Part shown: one piece after another, positions 41,709 through 49,833 of the stretch
Layout of the letters: each line of letters opens with the position of its first letter
How positions within the stretch are numbered: position 1 is the stretch's first letter
Source of the DNA: an uncultured virus (IMG/VR IMGVR_UViG_3300021085_000021)
Lineage: Duplodnaviria > Heunggongvirae > Uroviricota > Caudoviricetes
Length of the DNA: 64,000 bases
Virus record (IMG/VR): IMGVR_UViG_3300021085_000021
Strand: one strand, 5' to 3'
Program-made: the position numbers and the translations under genes
The notes under the pieces: model-generated
Databases searched by the model: none
The model's input: only the letters and a program-made list of their open reading frames with translations
What the model was told of the DNA's origin: nothing

Positions 41709-41900
41709 TTAATTTGCAATTAATTCTTTGCCTTCTAAAAGAGAACCAAAAGGTTGTGCCTTAACGCTCTTAACATAAGCTCTATTGTCCCACTTTTTCT
41801 TCTGAGTTTCGACAATGTGTTCTGCTAAATCTACGGCATTCTTATCGCTATCTGCGTATATGTAGAATTCCATAGTCATTGAATATCTATCGATTGACAT
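41709..41900 (-). CDS. Hypothetical protein (63 aa)
   Basis: Start reassigned to MSIDRY with GGAGG RBS and TAATG coupling. Confidence 0.65.
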   Translation of the reverse strand: MSIDRYSMTMEFYIYADSDKNAVDLAEHIVETQKKKWDNRAYVKSVKAQPFGSLLEGKELIAN

Positions 41901-42172
41901 TACGCTACCTCCAAAAGAGATAGCGGACAGTTCCAAAGTTTGCCGTCGATTTCGACTACAGCTTTCGTCCTTTTAATTTTAGTAACAACTCCTTGTTCAG
42001 AGCCTGACCTAGAGTTAACTATGACTTTAGAACCGATATTGATAGAACTTTTAATATCATGTGCGGTCATTAGCCTAAGTTGTTTTTGTTTAATTTTGAT
42101 TAACGCTATTACCTCGTTCATTTCTTCTAATGATGAGATGCCTTTTATTGCGTTTGATATAGATTTTTTCAT
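41900..42172 (-). CDS. Early protein with SH3/KOW-like C-terminus (90 aa)
   Basis: IGSKV...G.V.KIKRTKAVV....W.CP..LL; AAGGAG RBS. Confidence 0.75.
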   Translation of the reverse strand: MKKSISNAIKGISSLEEMNEVIALIKIKQKQLRLMTAHDIKSSINIGSKVIVNSRSGSEQGVVTKIKRTKAVVEIDGKLWNCPLSLLEVA

Positions 42173-42205
42173 TTATTCACTCCTTAATTTGAATTTGATA
42201 TAGTA

Positions 42206-42241
42206 ATTATACCAGGTCTTTAGCCATTTGTACAGTGTTTT
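42206..42241 (-). promoter_or_regulatory. Early-type promoter AAAACAC-TGTACA-17-TATAAT
   Basis: Conserved motif; spacer nearly identical to the 41667 copy. Confidence 0.85.
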
Positions 42242-42268
42242 CTGCAATTAATTGCATGTTTTTTGCAA

Positions 42269-42682
42269 TTAATTATAGGAATTAAATGGAAAGTAATTAT
42301 AGTATAACTTTTCTTCTTGAGCATGAGCCTTACGTTCCCATGGTTGATTCTCGTATGCACATTCACTAAAGTTACGACCTTTGTACATAAATGTATCTGT
42401 TAAATCGCCTCGTATGAATTGTTCAGCATGTATCATTTCATGAGCCAAAGTTTTCATTTGGTCTTCAAAAGAGAGTTGTTTTGATATGTTGATTTTAGCG
42501 TATGTTTTATCACCAATGCAATCGCCATCGGCAGTACCTTTTTGAACCCATTTTCTAAAAGTAATGAATATTACCTTTGAATGAAGACGGTTAATCTTTA
42601 GGTGTTTTTGCAGTCTATCTAGGTATAAATGTACAGTAGGAACATCTTTCTTTTTTACACCTGTTAATGCTATAATTGCCAT
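42269..42682 (-). CDS. Putative zinc metallopeptidase (HExxH)
   Basis: TLAHEMIHAEQ and Y.NQPWE..A. Confidence 0.75.
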   Translation of the reverse strand: MAIIALTGVKKKDVPTVHLYLDRLQKHLKINRLHSKVIFITFRKWVQKGTADGDCIGDKTYAKINISKQLSFEDQMKTLAHEMIHAEQFIRGDLTDTFMYKGRNFSECAYENQPWERKAHAQEEKLYYNYFPFNSYN

Positions 42683-42999
42683 AATATATGCCTTAAATGA
42701 GTTTTAATGGTATTTCAATTTCATGGGTGTTACCCCAATTCTTTACACCGTGTCCTTCTAAGCCAGGCCTTACCTGGATTTTATCTAGGTGGATAGGTAA
42801 CCACCATCAGGTTTCTCGTTTTCCGTATTATCCCAATTCACTCCTTAAATTTCAAATACTTCATTGTTTCTATTTGTTATAACCTCAATACCATATATCA
42901 CGTCTTAATTGATTTTAAGTAAGTTATAACCAAGATTTTCGTAGAGTTTCACAACAACCAACCAACTACAACTCTTCCTCGATTCCTGTATATGTGTAT

Positions 43000-43035
43000 A
43001 TTATACTATACTATTTATAGTTTGTACAGTGTTTT
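43000..43035 (-). promoter_or_regulatory. Early-type promoter with a late TATAAATA (43012-43019) nested in its spacer
   Basis: TGTACA-17-TATAAT plus exact late consensus. Confidence 0.75.
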
Positions 43036-43059
43036 CTGCAGATTCTTTATACTTTTTTG

Positions 43060-43632
43060 TTATAAGGATATAATATCTAGGTTATTCATCACATTTAGGT
43101 TATTAGCAACGGCAATTGTGACCCATGTATTAGGTATGATTATATGTTCTGGTTCATGAGTATGCAGTATAAGACTGCCCCATATTAATTTAAAAAGTAT
43201 TAATCTATCTAAATGAGGGTCTTTTCCTACAATAGGATTTAGTTCGTATATATTTGGATGCTTTAATCCTCGATTAGTAGTCCATACATCGAGTGCATTA
43301 ATGGCCCAAAAATAGTATACGTCTTTTTTATAATCTCTATGTGTAAATTGTAATCTGTTCAGATTTACCTTTGACTGTAATTGTATCGACTTCAGTGAAG
43401 CTTCGTCCTTTACACTCTTCAGCAGTGAACTGTGATAACAGCACTCGAACCCCATCGTAATTTCTTGTTTGGCCTTCGAGTCGAGCTGCCAAGTTGACGG
43501 CGTCTCCAATAACGGAATAGTCAAATCGAGATTCTGACCCCATGTTTCCAACGATGCAGTCGCCGGTGTTGATACCAATACCAACGTCAATACGAGGTAA
43601 ACCTTTTTCTTCCAATTCTGCAATAAGTACAT
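43060..43632 (-). CDS. Membrane/secreted protein overlapping the cyclase gene; C-terminal LDxxTT...ExNP domain (DUF5658-like)
   Basis: Signal-peptide-like KKKVYLVLTLVLVSTPATA; FWAINALDVWTTNRGL..IYELNPIVG; start uncertain (43632 or 43455). Confidence 0.65.
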   Translation of the reverse strand: MYLLQNWKKKVYLVLTLVLVSTPATASLETWGQNLDLTIPLLETPSTWQLDSKAKQEITMGFECCYHSSLLKSVKDEASLKSIQLQSKVNLNRLQFTHRDYKKDVYYFWAINALDVWTTNRGLKHPNIYELNPIVGKDPHLDRLILFKLIWGSLILHTHEPEHIIIPNTWVTIAVANNLNVMNNLDIISL

Positions 43633-45169
43633 CTGCTGCTTCCGTTATTTCATATGCTGTTTTTACAGCCATATCTGCATGATTATTAGATGGCAATGGA
43701 GCATTCCAAAAAGCCATTATACAATCACCCATATATTTGTCAACTGTTCCACCATTCTTTAATATTATTTTTGTCATGGTGTCTAAATAGTTATTTATAA
43801 TTTCTACTAACCCCTCTGGGTCATCGTTATTTTTATAATGTTCTGATATTGGAGTAAACCCTACGATGTCCATAAACAGAAACGACATCTCTTTTCTCTC
43901 TCCACCTAATCGTAATAACGATGGGTCTTTCTGTAATAACATCACTTGCCTTGGGTCTAAATAAGTTTCAAATTGTTTCTTAATTTGTTGTCGTAATACA
44001 AATTGTTTATAGAAATTATTAAAGCCCGCTGAAGTGAAGGAAAGTATATATAATATTAGATGGAACGTAAGGTCGAGGAGTATGTAAGATTTATTCCAAA
44101 TATAAAGTACAGAAAAGATTGTCCCTCCGCAGAGAACCAGAAAGGTTAGCAAAGAAACCCAAATCGGTAAACGATATACCACAAGAATCAGAACAAACAC
44201 AAGAAGAGTTCCTACAAGAATTTCTAAAGGAGTTGCGTATTGAGGCCGAGAAATCGGCTTATCAGACAGAATCGTCTGTAACGCTGAAGCTTGTAACTGA
44301 TGAGGATATTTCAATCCGCCAGGAGTAGCAACTTGTTGAGATAAACCTCTGGCCGTTACTCCAACAATAACTGTCCTACCTTTAAAATCTTCATAATCAT
44401 TTAAGTTATTTACATATTCTACTTCTTCAAATTTCGTATTCCATTTTAACCAAATAGAACCATCACTATCTGTAGAGATATTAAATGGTCTTAATACGAT
44501 ACTTTCAATTCCGCTTTCATTTGATTTAATAGTATAAGATTGCTTTTCGTTTAAAACACGAGTTGTTTCTAAAGCAAATGATGGATATAATTGTCCATTG
44601 ACATTAGATATAAGTGGTATTCTTCTTGTAATACTATCAACTTCTGGCGCGCCGTTAGATAATCCATGTCCCCATGCACCTGCTTCTATCTCAGGTATAT
44701 TAGTAACTAATCCTTTATATTGGTAAATGAAATCTAAAGGGTCTGATGTTCCAAAGGTTGCATATCCTACATAAGGTGCAGATTCGCTTCTACCATATTC
44801 ATCAGCTGTTTGTGTTAGAATAATTCCATTGTCTTTTACCCAACTGGCAAATACTTCATCTCCACCAAACCTATCTGCTTCTGGAAACATAATAGTAAAC
44901 CCAATCATACCTGCATTTTTATTTCTTAAATCAGCTATCATTTGAGCATAGTGATGTCGGGGCCAAGGGAATTGTCCTAATTCAGCTAAGGAATCCTCGC
45001 CTATATTAAGTAAAACTATTTCTTGTGATTTTTCTTCTGGAAGTGTTTTGATTAAAGCGTCGAATGTATTTAATCGTGTTTGTTCTAATAATGATGGGTC
45101 TATAATTCTCATTAAAATTAATAATGAAGCTAATGCAAAGGTTGACCATATTGAAGTAATATATTTCAT
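43337..45169 (-). CDS. CHASE2-domain class III adenylyl cyclase (610 aa)
   Basis: N-terminal TM; CHASE2 (I.E.SL..LGQFPWPR, DSITRRIPL, YPSFALE); three TMs; cyclase motifs FMDIVGFT, DKYMGD, VGNMGS..RFDYSVIGDAVNLAARLE, VKGK. Confidence 0.93.
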   Translation of the reverse strand: MKYITSIWSTFALASLLILMRIIDPSLLEQTRLNTFDALIKTLPEEKSQEIVLLNIGEDSLAELGQFPWPRHHYAQMIADLRNKNAGMIGFTIMFPEADRFGGDEVFASWVKDNGIILTQTADEYGRSESAPYVGYATFGTSDPLDFIYQYKGLVTNIPEIEAGAWGHGLSNGAPEVDSITRRIPLISNVNGQLYPSFALETTRVLNEKQSYTIKSNESGIESIVLRPFNISTDSDGSIWLKWNTKFEEVEYVNNLNDYEDFKGRTVIVGVTARGLSQQVATPGGLKYPHQLQASALQTILSDKPISRPQYATPLEILVGTLLVFVLILVVYRLPIWVSLLTFLVLCGGTIFSVLYIWNKSYILLDLTFHLILYILSFTSAGFNNFYKQFVLRQQIKKQFETYLDPRQVMLLQKDPSLLRLGGERKEMSFLFMDIVGFTPISEHYKNNDDPEGLVEIINNYLDTMTKIILKNGGTVDKYMGDCIMAFWNAPLPSNNHADMAVKTAYEITEAADVLIAELEEKGLPRIDVGIGINTGDCIVGNMGSESRFDYSVIGDAVNLAARLEGQTRNYDGVRVLLSQFTAEECKGRSFTEVDTITVKGKSEQITIYT

Positions 45170-45246
45170 ACGTATAAATCTATGTATAAACCCTTAGGAA
45201 TACCCCAGCCGTATTTAAGACGAAGAAATCTTTGATAGGAATTCAT
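45166..45246 (-). CDS. Micro-ORF (26 aa) bridging curlin-like gene and cyclase
   Basis: MNSYQRFLRLKYGWGIPKGLYIDLYV; TAATG overlap upstream and ATGA overlap downstream. Confidence 0.5.
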   Translation of the reverse strand: MNSYQRFLRLKYGWGIPKGLYIDLYV

Positions 45247-45944
45247 TACTGACCTTGTTCTACTGTCACAGAACAACCGCCTACTGTAACACAATCAACT
45301 GCTAAGTTATATGTTTGTGTTGTACTTCCTAATTGTCTTAATGTCAAATCTGTTCCATATAATCCATCTAGAGTTATATTTGCAGTATGAGTTGCCCATG
45401 TACCTTTCTGTCTGAGAGTAACATCATTGTCAGAATTATAGATTGTTAGATTTAGTTCTTTTGAACCTTGCCCTTGTTGTCTACCTGATATAATATTATC
45501 ATTACCAGCTAGATGAAAGTCAAAGTTGTGTCCATCAGTTGACCCAGCATTTGTTTGATGCCATGTTAAAGAATTGTCATCTCCATATAAATCTAATTCC
45601 ATATAATGACCACCGCCTTCAATATTATCATAGGTATATGAACCATCCGATAACCAAGCAATTCCTTGGCCAAGCTTGAGTGTATTTCCAGAACCACTCA
45701 TTTCGTCAAATGCAATTATATTCTCAGCACTTGTAAAATTATATTGTACTATGTGAACATCTAGATTTGGGGCATTATTAATATATGAACCAGAATCTAA
45801 CATTTTTATAGTATTATTATATCCTACTTGTTCTATTTCTAATTCAAAATTATTACCAGATTGTTCTAGAGATATTTGATTATCATCAGCAAAACAAACA
45901 AATGGTAATAATAACATTAGAGATATAAAGGCTATATCTTTCAT
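45246..45944 (-). CDS. Secreted curlin-like beta-solenoid protein (232 aa)
   Basis: Signal peptide; N.I..EQ.G.N / Q.G repeats; terminal CVTVGGC. Confidence 0.75.
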   Translation of the reverse strand: MKDIAFISLMLLLPFVCFADDNQISLEQSGNNFELEIEQVGYNNTIKMLDSGSYINNAPNLDVHIVQYNFTSAENIIAFDEMSGSGNTLKLGQGIAWLSDGSYTYDNIEGGGHYMELDLYGDDNSLTWHQTNAGSTDGHNFDFHLAGNDNIISGRQQGQGSKELNLTIYNSDNDVTLRQKGTWATHTANITLDGLYGTDLTLRQLGSTTQTYNLAVDCVTVGGCSVTVEQGQ

Positions 45945-46000
45945 TATGCTACCCAGGGCCTAATCCAGTATTTGTAAAATATTTTTTTAAATTTCTTCAT
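45944..46000 (-). CDS. Micro-ORF (18 aa)
   Basis: MKKFKKIFYKYWIRPWVA; ATG 5 nt after a late promoter; TAATG overlap with the curlin-like gene. Confidence 0.5.
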   Translation of the reverse strand: MKKFKKIFYKYWIRPWVA

Positions 46001-46005
46001 AATAC

Positions 46006-46013
46006 TATTTATA
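46006..46013 (-). promoter_or_regulatory. Internal T4-type late promoter TATAAATA
   Basis: Exact consensus just after the FecR-domain gene stop. Confidence 0.75.
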
Positions 46014-46014
46014 A

Positions 46015-47115
46015 TTAATTTTGGTTAATCCTTACTATGATGTCTTCTCCATCATTACCTGTTATTATTCCTTCCCAACCTGGTGTTATTGTTTCTAATG
46101 TAAATGAACCACCTGCTGCAAATGTTAATTCTATTGCTCCATTTACATTACGATATAATACTAAATCGCCATCTCTTAAAAATACATTATATTGAGATTC
46201 ATCGTTTAATCCTCTCATTGCACCTTTAATATCAAACTCTCCTAATGTATCAAATAGGTCAGATGAATCTACGATTGATAAAAAGTCTAATAAAAACTCT
46301 ACATCTAATTCATCAACATCTAATTCTGAGAACTCTTTTAACTCATCTTCTTCCAATGCATCTTCTTCTAATTCTGTAAATTCTAAAAAGTCGATATCTA
46401 ATAAACCTTGGTCTTCATTTTGTTCATCTTGTAATTCTTCTTGTATTCTATCTTTTACTTCTTGCGGTGGATTTACAATAAACATATTATCAATTAAAGC
46501 TGGTGTAATACCATTAATGATAGTAGTTGAAGTTGGTGGTGTATCTACAGTATAAACCATTGTTGCAGCATAGGCTTCATCTAATACAACTGTTCCTGAA
46601 GCATTTGAAACTTCTATAACTCCCGATGGATTACCTTTATCATCTGGAAGTAATATCACCAATGAACGTCCAAGCTCATCGATTGTTGTAGTAAAATCTG
46701 TTCCTCTAACTGCTATTGTAGCTGTAGGTGTTGATATTGCTATATTCGCATTATTAACTAAACCTAATTTACCTGAAGCAAATCGTGCAGTTCCACTAAC
46801 CATTCTCATTGACATTTTAGATAATGATGGGTTAGGGTCGTAATATATTTCGTCTATAAAAACTTTTGAATGTTCTTTTAATTGTAATTCAGCTTTATCT
46901 AAAAACTCAATTAACATACGACCTTTGGCTGTTTCAGCCTGGTCATATAATTCTATTTCTGTAGTTTGAATTTGTTCTTTATCGCGTAGAATTGCGGTGA
47001 CGCCAGTGGATTCCCTGACATCTCCAATGGGACTAGCACTTAAACTAGTCCCACCGATGATTAATAGACTAGCTGTCGTTACCGCTGTCTTTTTGAGTAA
47101 TGGTAATAGTTGCAT
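46015..47115 (-). CDS. Secreted FecR-domain protein (366 aa)
   Basis: Signal peptide; D..ET..GRM.I.FLD...L.EHS.V.ID...GTARF.SG...ISTPTATIAVRGTDF; acidic linker. Confidence 0.85.
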   Translation of the reverse strand: MQLLPLLKKTAVTTASLLIIGGTSLSASPIGDVRESTGVTAILRDKEQIQTTEIELYDQAETAKGRMLIEFLDKAELQLKEHSKVFIDEIYYDPNPSLSKMSMRMVSGTARFASGKLGLVNNANIAISTPTATIAVRGTDFTTTIDELGRSLVILLPDDKGNPSGVIEVSNASGTVVLDEAYAATMVYTVDTPPTSTTIINGITPALIDNMFIVNPPQEVKDRIQEELQDEQNEDQGLLDIDFLEFTELEEDALEEDELKEFSELDVDELDVEFLLDFLSIVDSSDLFDTLGEFDIKGAMRGLNDESQYNVFLRDGDLVLYRNVNGAIELTFAAGGSFTLETITPGWEGIITGNDGEDIIVRINQN

Positions 47116-47809
47116 TGTCTGAAGTTACGTCTAATACGATATTAGCATTTGGTGTTGCACATCCAGTTGTCTGTCCTGCACAAGTACCACTTATCTGATT
47201 AATATCAACATCTGCAGAATCGCCTACTAAAGTAAACTCTAGGTTTTGTGAACCATCATTCTGTAATGTGTTTATATTATTACTGTCTCCAGTAACTTCA
47301 AAATTCCAAACGTTATCGTCAGATTCAAAATCTATATCAAATACGTTTGAATTACCTATTAAAATTAAATCGGCATCTAATCTTTCTGCACTCGCTGCAT
47401 AACCCTGGTCTATATCAAATGTGTTACTGTCTCCAGTTACATCAAAATTATAGTCAGAATCATCTGCGCTACCGCTATATCCGATATTCCAATCAATTTC
47501 ATTTGAATCACCTGTAAAATCAAGCTTATAGGTTGAACTATCTGCTTTAACAGGACCAAATAAAATGTTTTGGTTACCAGCAAAATCTAAATCAAACTCT
47601 AAACTTGAACCGATAATACTCATTGCAGTAGAACCACTTGAAAAGTCGTCTCCTCCAATTTTGTTACCGAAACCAATTTGGTCGATGTACAATTCTAGTG
47701 TGTCACCAGATTGTGTGATTTTGATTTCATTATCATCAGTGGCTTGTGCAAAAACGAATCCTGTCGACACTAATAGCCCAGCTAGGACTATACTATATAG
47801 TTTATTCAT
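47069..47809 (-). CDS. Secreted curlin-like beta-solenoid protein (246 aa)
   Basis: Signal peptide (VFA-Q); DNEIKITQSG..IDQIG.GN and repeated GDSN arcs; terminal Cys pair. Confidence 0.78.
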   Translation of the reverse strand: MNKLYSIVLAGLLVSTGFVFAQATDDNEIKITQSGDTLELYIDQIGFGNKIGGDDFSSGSTAMSIIGSSLEFDLDFAGNQNILFGPVKADSSTYKLDFTGDSNEIDWNIGYSGSADDSDYNFDVTGDSNTFDIDQGYAASAERLDADLILIGNSNVFDIDFESDDNVWNFEVTGDSNNINTLQNDGSQNLEFTLVGDSADVDINQISGTCAGQTTGCATPNANIVLDVTSDNATITITQKDSGNDS

Positions 47810-48758
47810 TTTCGTTATTTTCCTCTTTTATAGGATGTTTATCGTTTTTACCACCGACTTGGTGGGGGTGACGATGTCCATCCTCTATAACCCAAAGGCC
47901 TCTATCATGCCCTTGGTATATTAGTTCCAACACGGCAGCCTCAATAGCTGTTCGTGTCGCGTAAGTCACGGACTCATTATTTCCCACACCGTCCTCATAT
48001 TCTACTAGAGTGGTACTATTATCGACGAATCGAAAAATATCACCACTTCCACCGTAACTAAGAATCGTCTTCTTAGCTTGGACATTCAATAATACTTCAC
48101 CAGTCAGAACAGAAACTGCTCTAACCGAAACAGTGACGACATCTTGTTGATATCGCTTACTTTTGCCTATACCTAATAATCGTGCGCCTCGACCACCAGT
48201 TTGTACATTAGTATCATAACCAATTATTCCACCTTCCATTATCATACCAGCGAATAGAAGTGGATTCAATGCTTTCGCGCCTTCCGGGCCTGCGAAATCG
48301 TTTCTGGCACTCCTGATAATCTGTCTTTCTCTTACCAGATTATCAATGCCTTGTCTTTCTACTACTCTAAACCAGCTTCCATCTCCTGCTGTTTTGAGAG
48401 CATCTATTAATAACTCAGTTCCACCTTGTGAAACTGCTGTTGAGAAGTCTGCTATACCTTCTCTTGATTTTCTTTGACCTGTTAAATCTTTAAATCCATA
48501 TACAGCAACTACAGGTCTATCTTTTGCTGGAGGTAAATCTAATAACTCGATGTATGAAGGTAATCTAATTGCTTCAGCTTCTTCAACACAAATATAAGAA
48601 TGTCTTAATGTTTTTTCTAATCTTGATACTGTGTTAGGACCAATATAAGGGTCATCAAATGTAATTTCTTTGCATTCCTCAGGTTTATCAGACCAAACAG
48701 GAGTTGCTGACTCATTTAAAAATCCTAATACTAATAATAATGCTAAAGCTGCTTCCAT
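47802..48758 (-). CDS. csgG: Curli secretion channel CsgG
   Basis: LPPA..VAVY.F.DLTGQRK..FSTAVSQG..L.DAL..WFRVVER.GIDNL.RERQIIR, EGGIIGYD. Confidence 0.92.
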   Translation of the reverse strand: MEAALALLLVLGFLNESATPVWSDKPEECKEITFDDPYIGPNTVSRLEKTLRHSYICVEEAEAIRLPSYIELLDLPPAKDRPVVAVYGFKDLTGQRKSREGIADFSTAVSQGGTELLIDALKTAGDGSWFRVVERQGIDNLVRERQIIRSARNDFAGPEGAKALNPLLFAGMIMEGGIIGYDTNVQTGGRGARLLGIGKSKRYQQDVVTVSVRAVSVLTGEVLLNVQAKKTILSYGGSGDIFRFVDNSTTLVEYEDGVGNNESVTYATRTAIEAAVLELIYQGHDRGLWVIEDGHRHPHQVGGKNDKHPIKEENNENE

Positions 48759-48761
48759 AAT

Positions 48762-49277
48762 TTATCCATCAGAATCTTGTGCAAAATTGCCTGTACCAAT
48801 TGGTATTTCAATTGTAGTAGATGACCCATTCTCATCAACAATGGTCATTTTAATATATTCTGAACCATCTTCGTTTGTTAATACTTCGTATGTAACTGTA
48901 TTGCCTTCTAAAACAAATGAACCAAATCTAACTGAACCATCGTTACTAAACATCGATTCAACTAACTGTTTAGACATCTGAGCATATATTCTACTCTCTA
49001 AGTTTCTTATAAACTTTGCCATCGTAGTATTTTCTGCATCTCTTTCGGCTGCTTTTCGTGCAGCTTCCATTGCATCTTTTATTGCCTTCTTACGAGCATG
49101 CTCTTGGTTTTCCACTGTTAAATAATGTGCTCCAGTTCCTACTCCACTAAATGATGGATTTTTAAACTTGTGAACTACATCTGCTTGTACATTTGGAGAA
49201 ACTGCTATAATACTAACCATAAAAATAGCTACCAAACTGGCAATTTCTAGGTTATCTTTACATTTATTCTTCTTCAT
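48762..49277 (-). CDS. csgF: Curli assembly factor CsgF
   Basis: Signal peptide then FKNPSFSG (CsgF NPxFGG-type motif), F.RNLESRIY.Q.S, TTIEIP. Confidence 0.85.
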   Translation of the reverse strand: MKKNKCKDNLEIASLVAIFMVSIIAVSPNVQADVVHKFKNPSFSGVGTGAHYLTVENQEHARKKAIKDAMEAARKAAERDAENTTMAKFIRNLESRIYAQMSKQLVESMFSNDGSVRFGSFVLEGNTVTYEVLTNEDGSEYIKMTIVDENGSSTTIEIPIGTGNFAQDSDG

Positions 49278-49530
49278 CTTTTCCCTCTGCTTTTAACTTT
49301 TGCTGTGCCTTATATTCTAATACTACATTTACCTTTTCTTTTAATCTAATTAAATCTTGGTCGAGCATACGAGTCTGGTCAATTACACGAATTAATGCGA
49401 TATGCATTTCCTGTAATTGTGGTTCAATATGCTCTCCTATAAACCACCAAATGTAGTATATGAAATAGCCAAGACCTACGGCCATGACTACCGGAAAGCC
49501 GTAATCTGAAACTAATTGTCCTACATCCAT
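49264..49530 (-). CDS. Single-TM plus coiled-coil membrane protein (88 aa)
   Basis: SDYGFPVVMAVGLGYFIYYIW. Confidence 0.8.
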   Translation of the reverse strand: MDVGQLVSDYGFPVVMAVGLGYFIYYIWWFIGEHIEPQLQEMHIALIRVIDQTRMLDQDLIRLKEKVNVVLEYKAQQKLKAEGKDEEE

Positions 49531-49826
49531 TAGTCTCTCCTAACATCTAGCTTTCCATCCTCGATAAAATTCTCGGCACGAGCTATTCTATCAGTATCAG
49601 GTCTTAATTCTAAAGCACTTGATACTAATAAATCTATTTTTATAATTTCATTGCTCATTGTCCTTGCTCTATTCTCTAGAGATTTGCAAAAAATAGTTAG
49701 GGTTTTTATTTGGTCGACAATACCTTCCATTATCTGTTTAATAACGATAAAAATAAAAAATCCCATGACTATTGAACCTGCTATCGGAGCGCCGACATCG
49801 GCAATTAGTCTAAACACTTCATCCAT
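49530..49826 (-). CDS. Single-TM plus coiled-coil membrane protein (98 aa), paralogue of its neighbour
   Basis: ADVGAPIAGSIVMGFFIFIVI; TAATG coupling. Confidence 0.8.
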   Translation of the reverse strand: MDEVFRLIADVGAPIAGSIVMGFFIFIVIKQIMEGIVDQIKTLTIFCKSLENRARTMSNEIIKIDLLVSSALELRPDTDRIARAENFIEDGKLDVRRD

Positions 49827-49833
49827 ACGTGTT

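Noticed and set aside
42780..42820. Possible hammerhead ribozyme (CUGAUG)
   Set aside because: Reads CUGAUGG rather than CUGANGA, with no correctly placed GAAA or cleavage triplet
42697..42882. 61-aa plus-strand ORF in the non-coding gap
   Set aside because: Opposes local transcription and has no RBS
44119..44328. Protein-like plus-strand ORF inside the cyclase gene
   Set aside because: Antisense to TM-coding codons, which naturally gives charged sequence; TTG start without a nearby RBS
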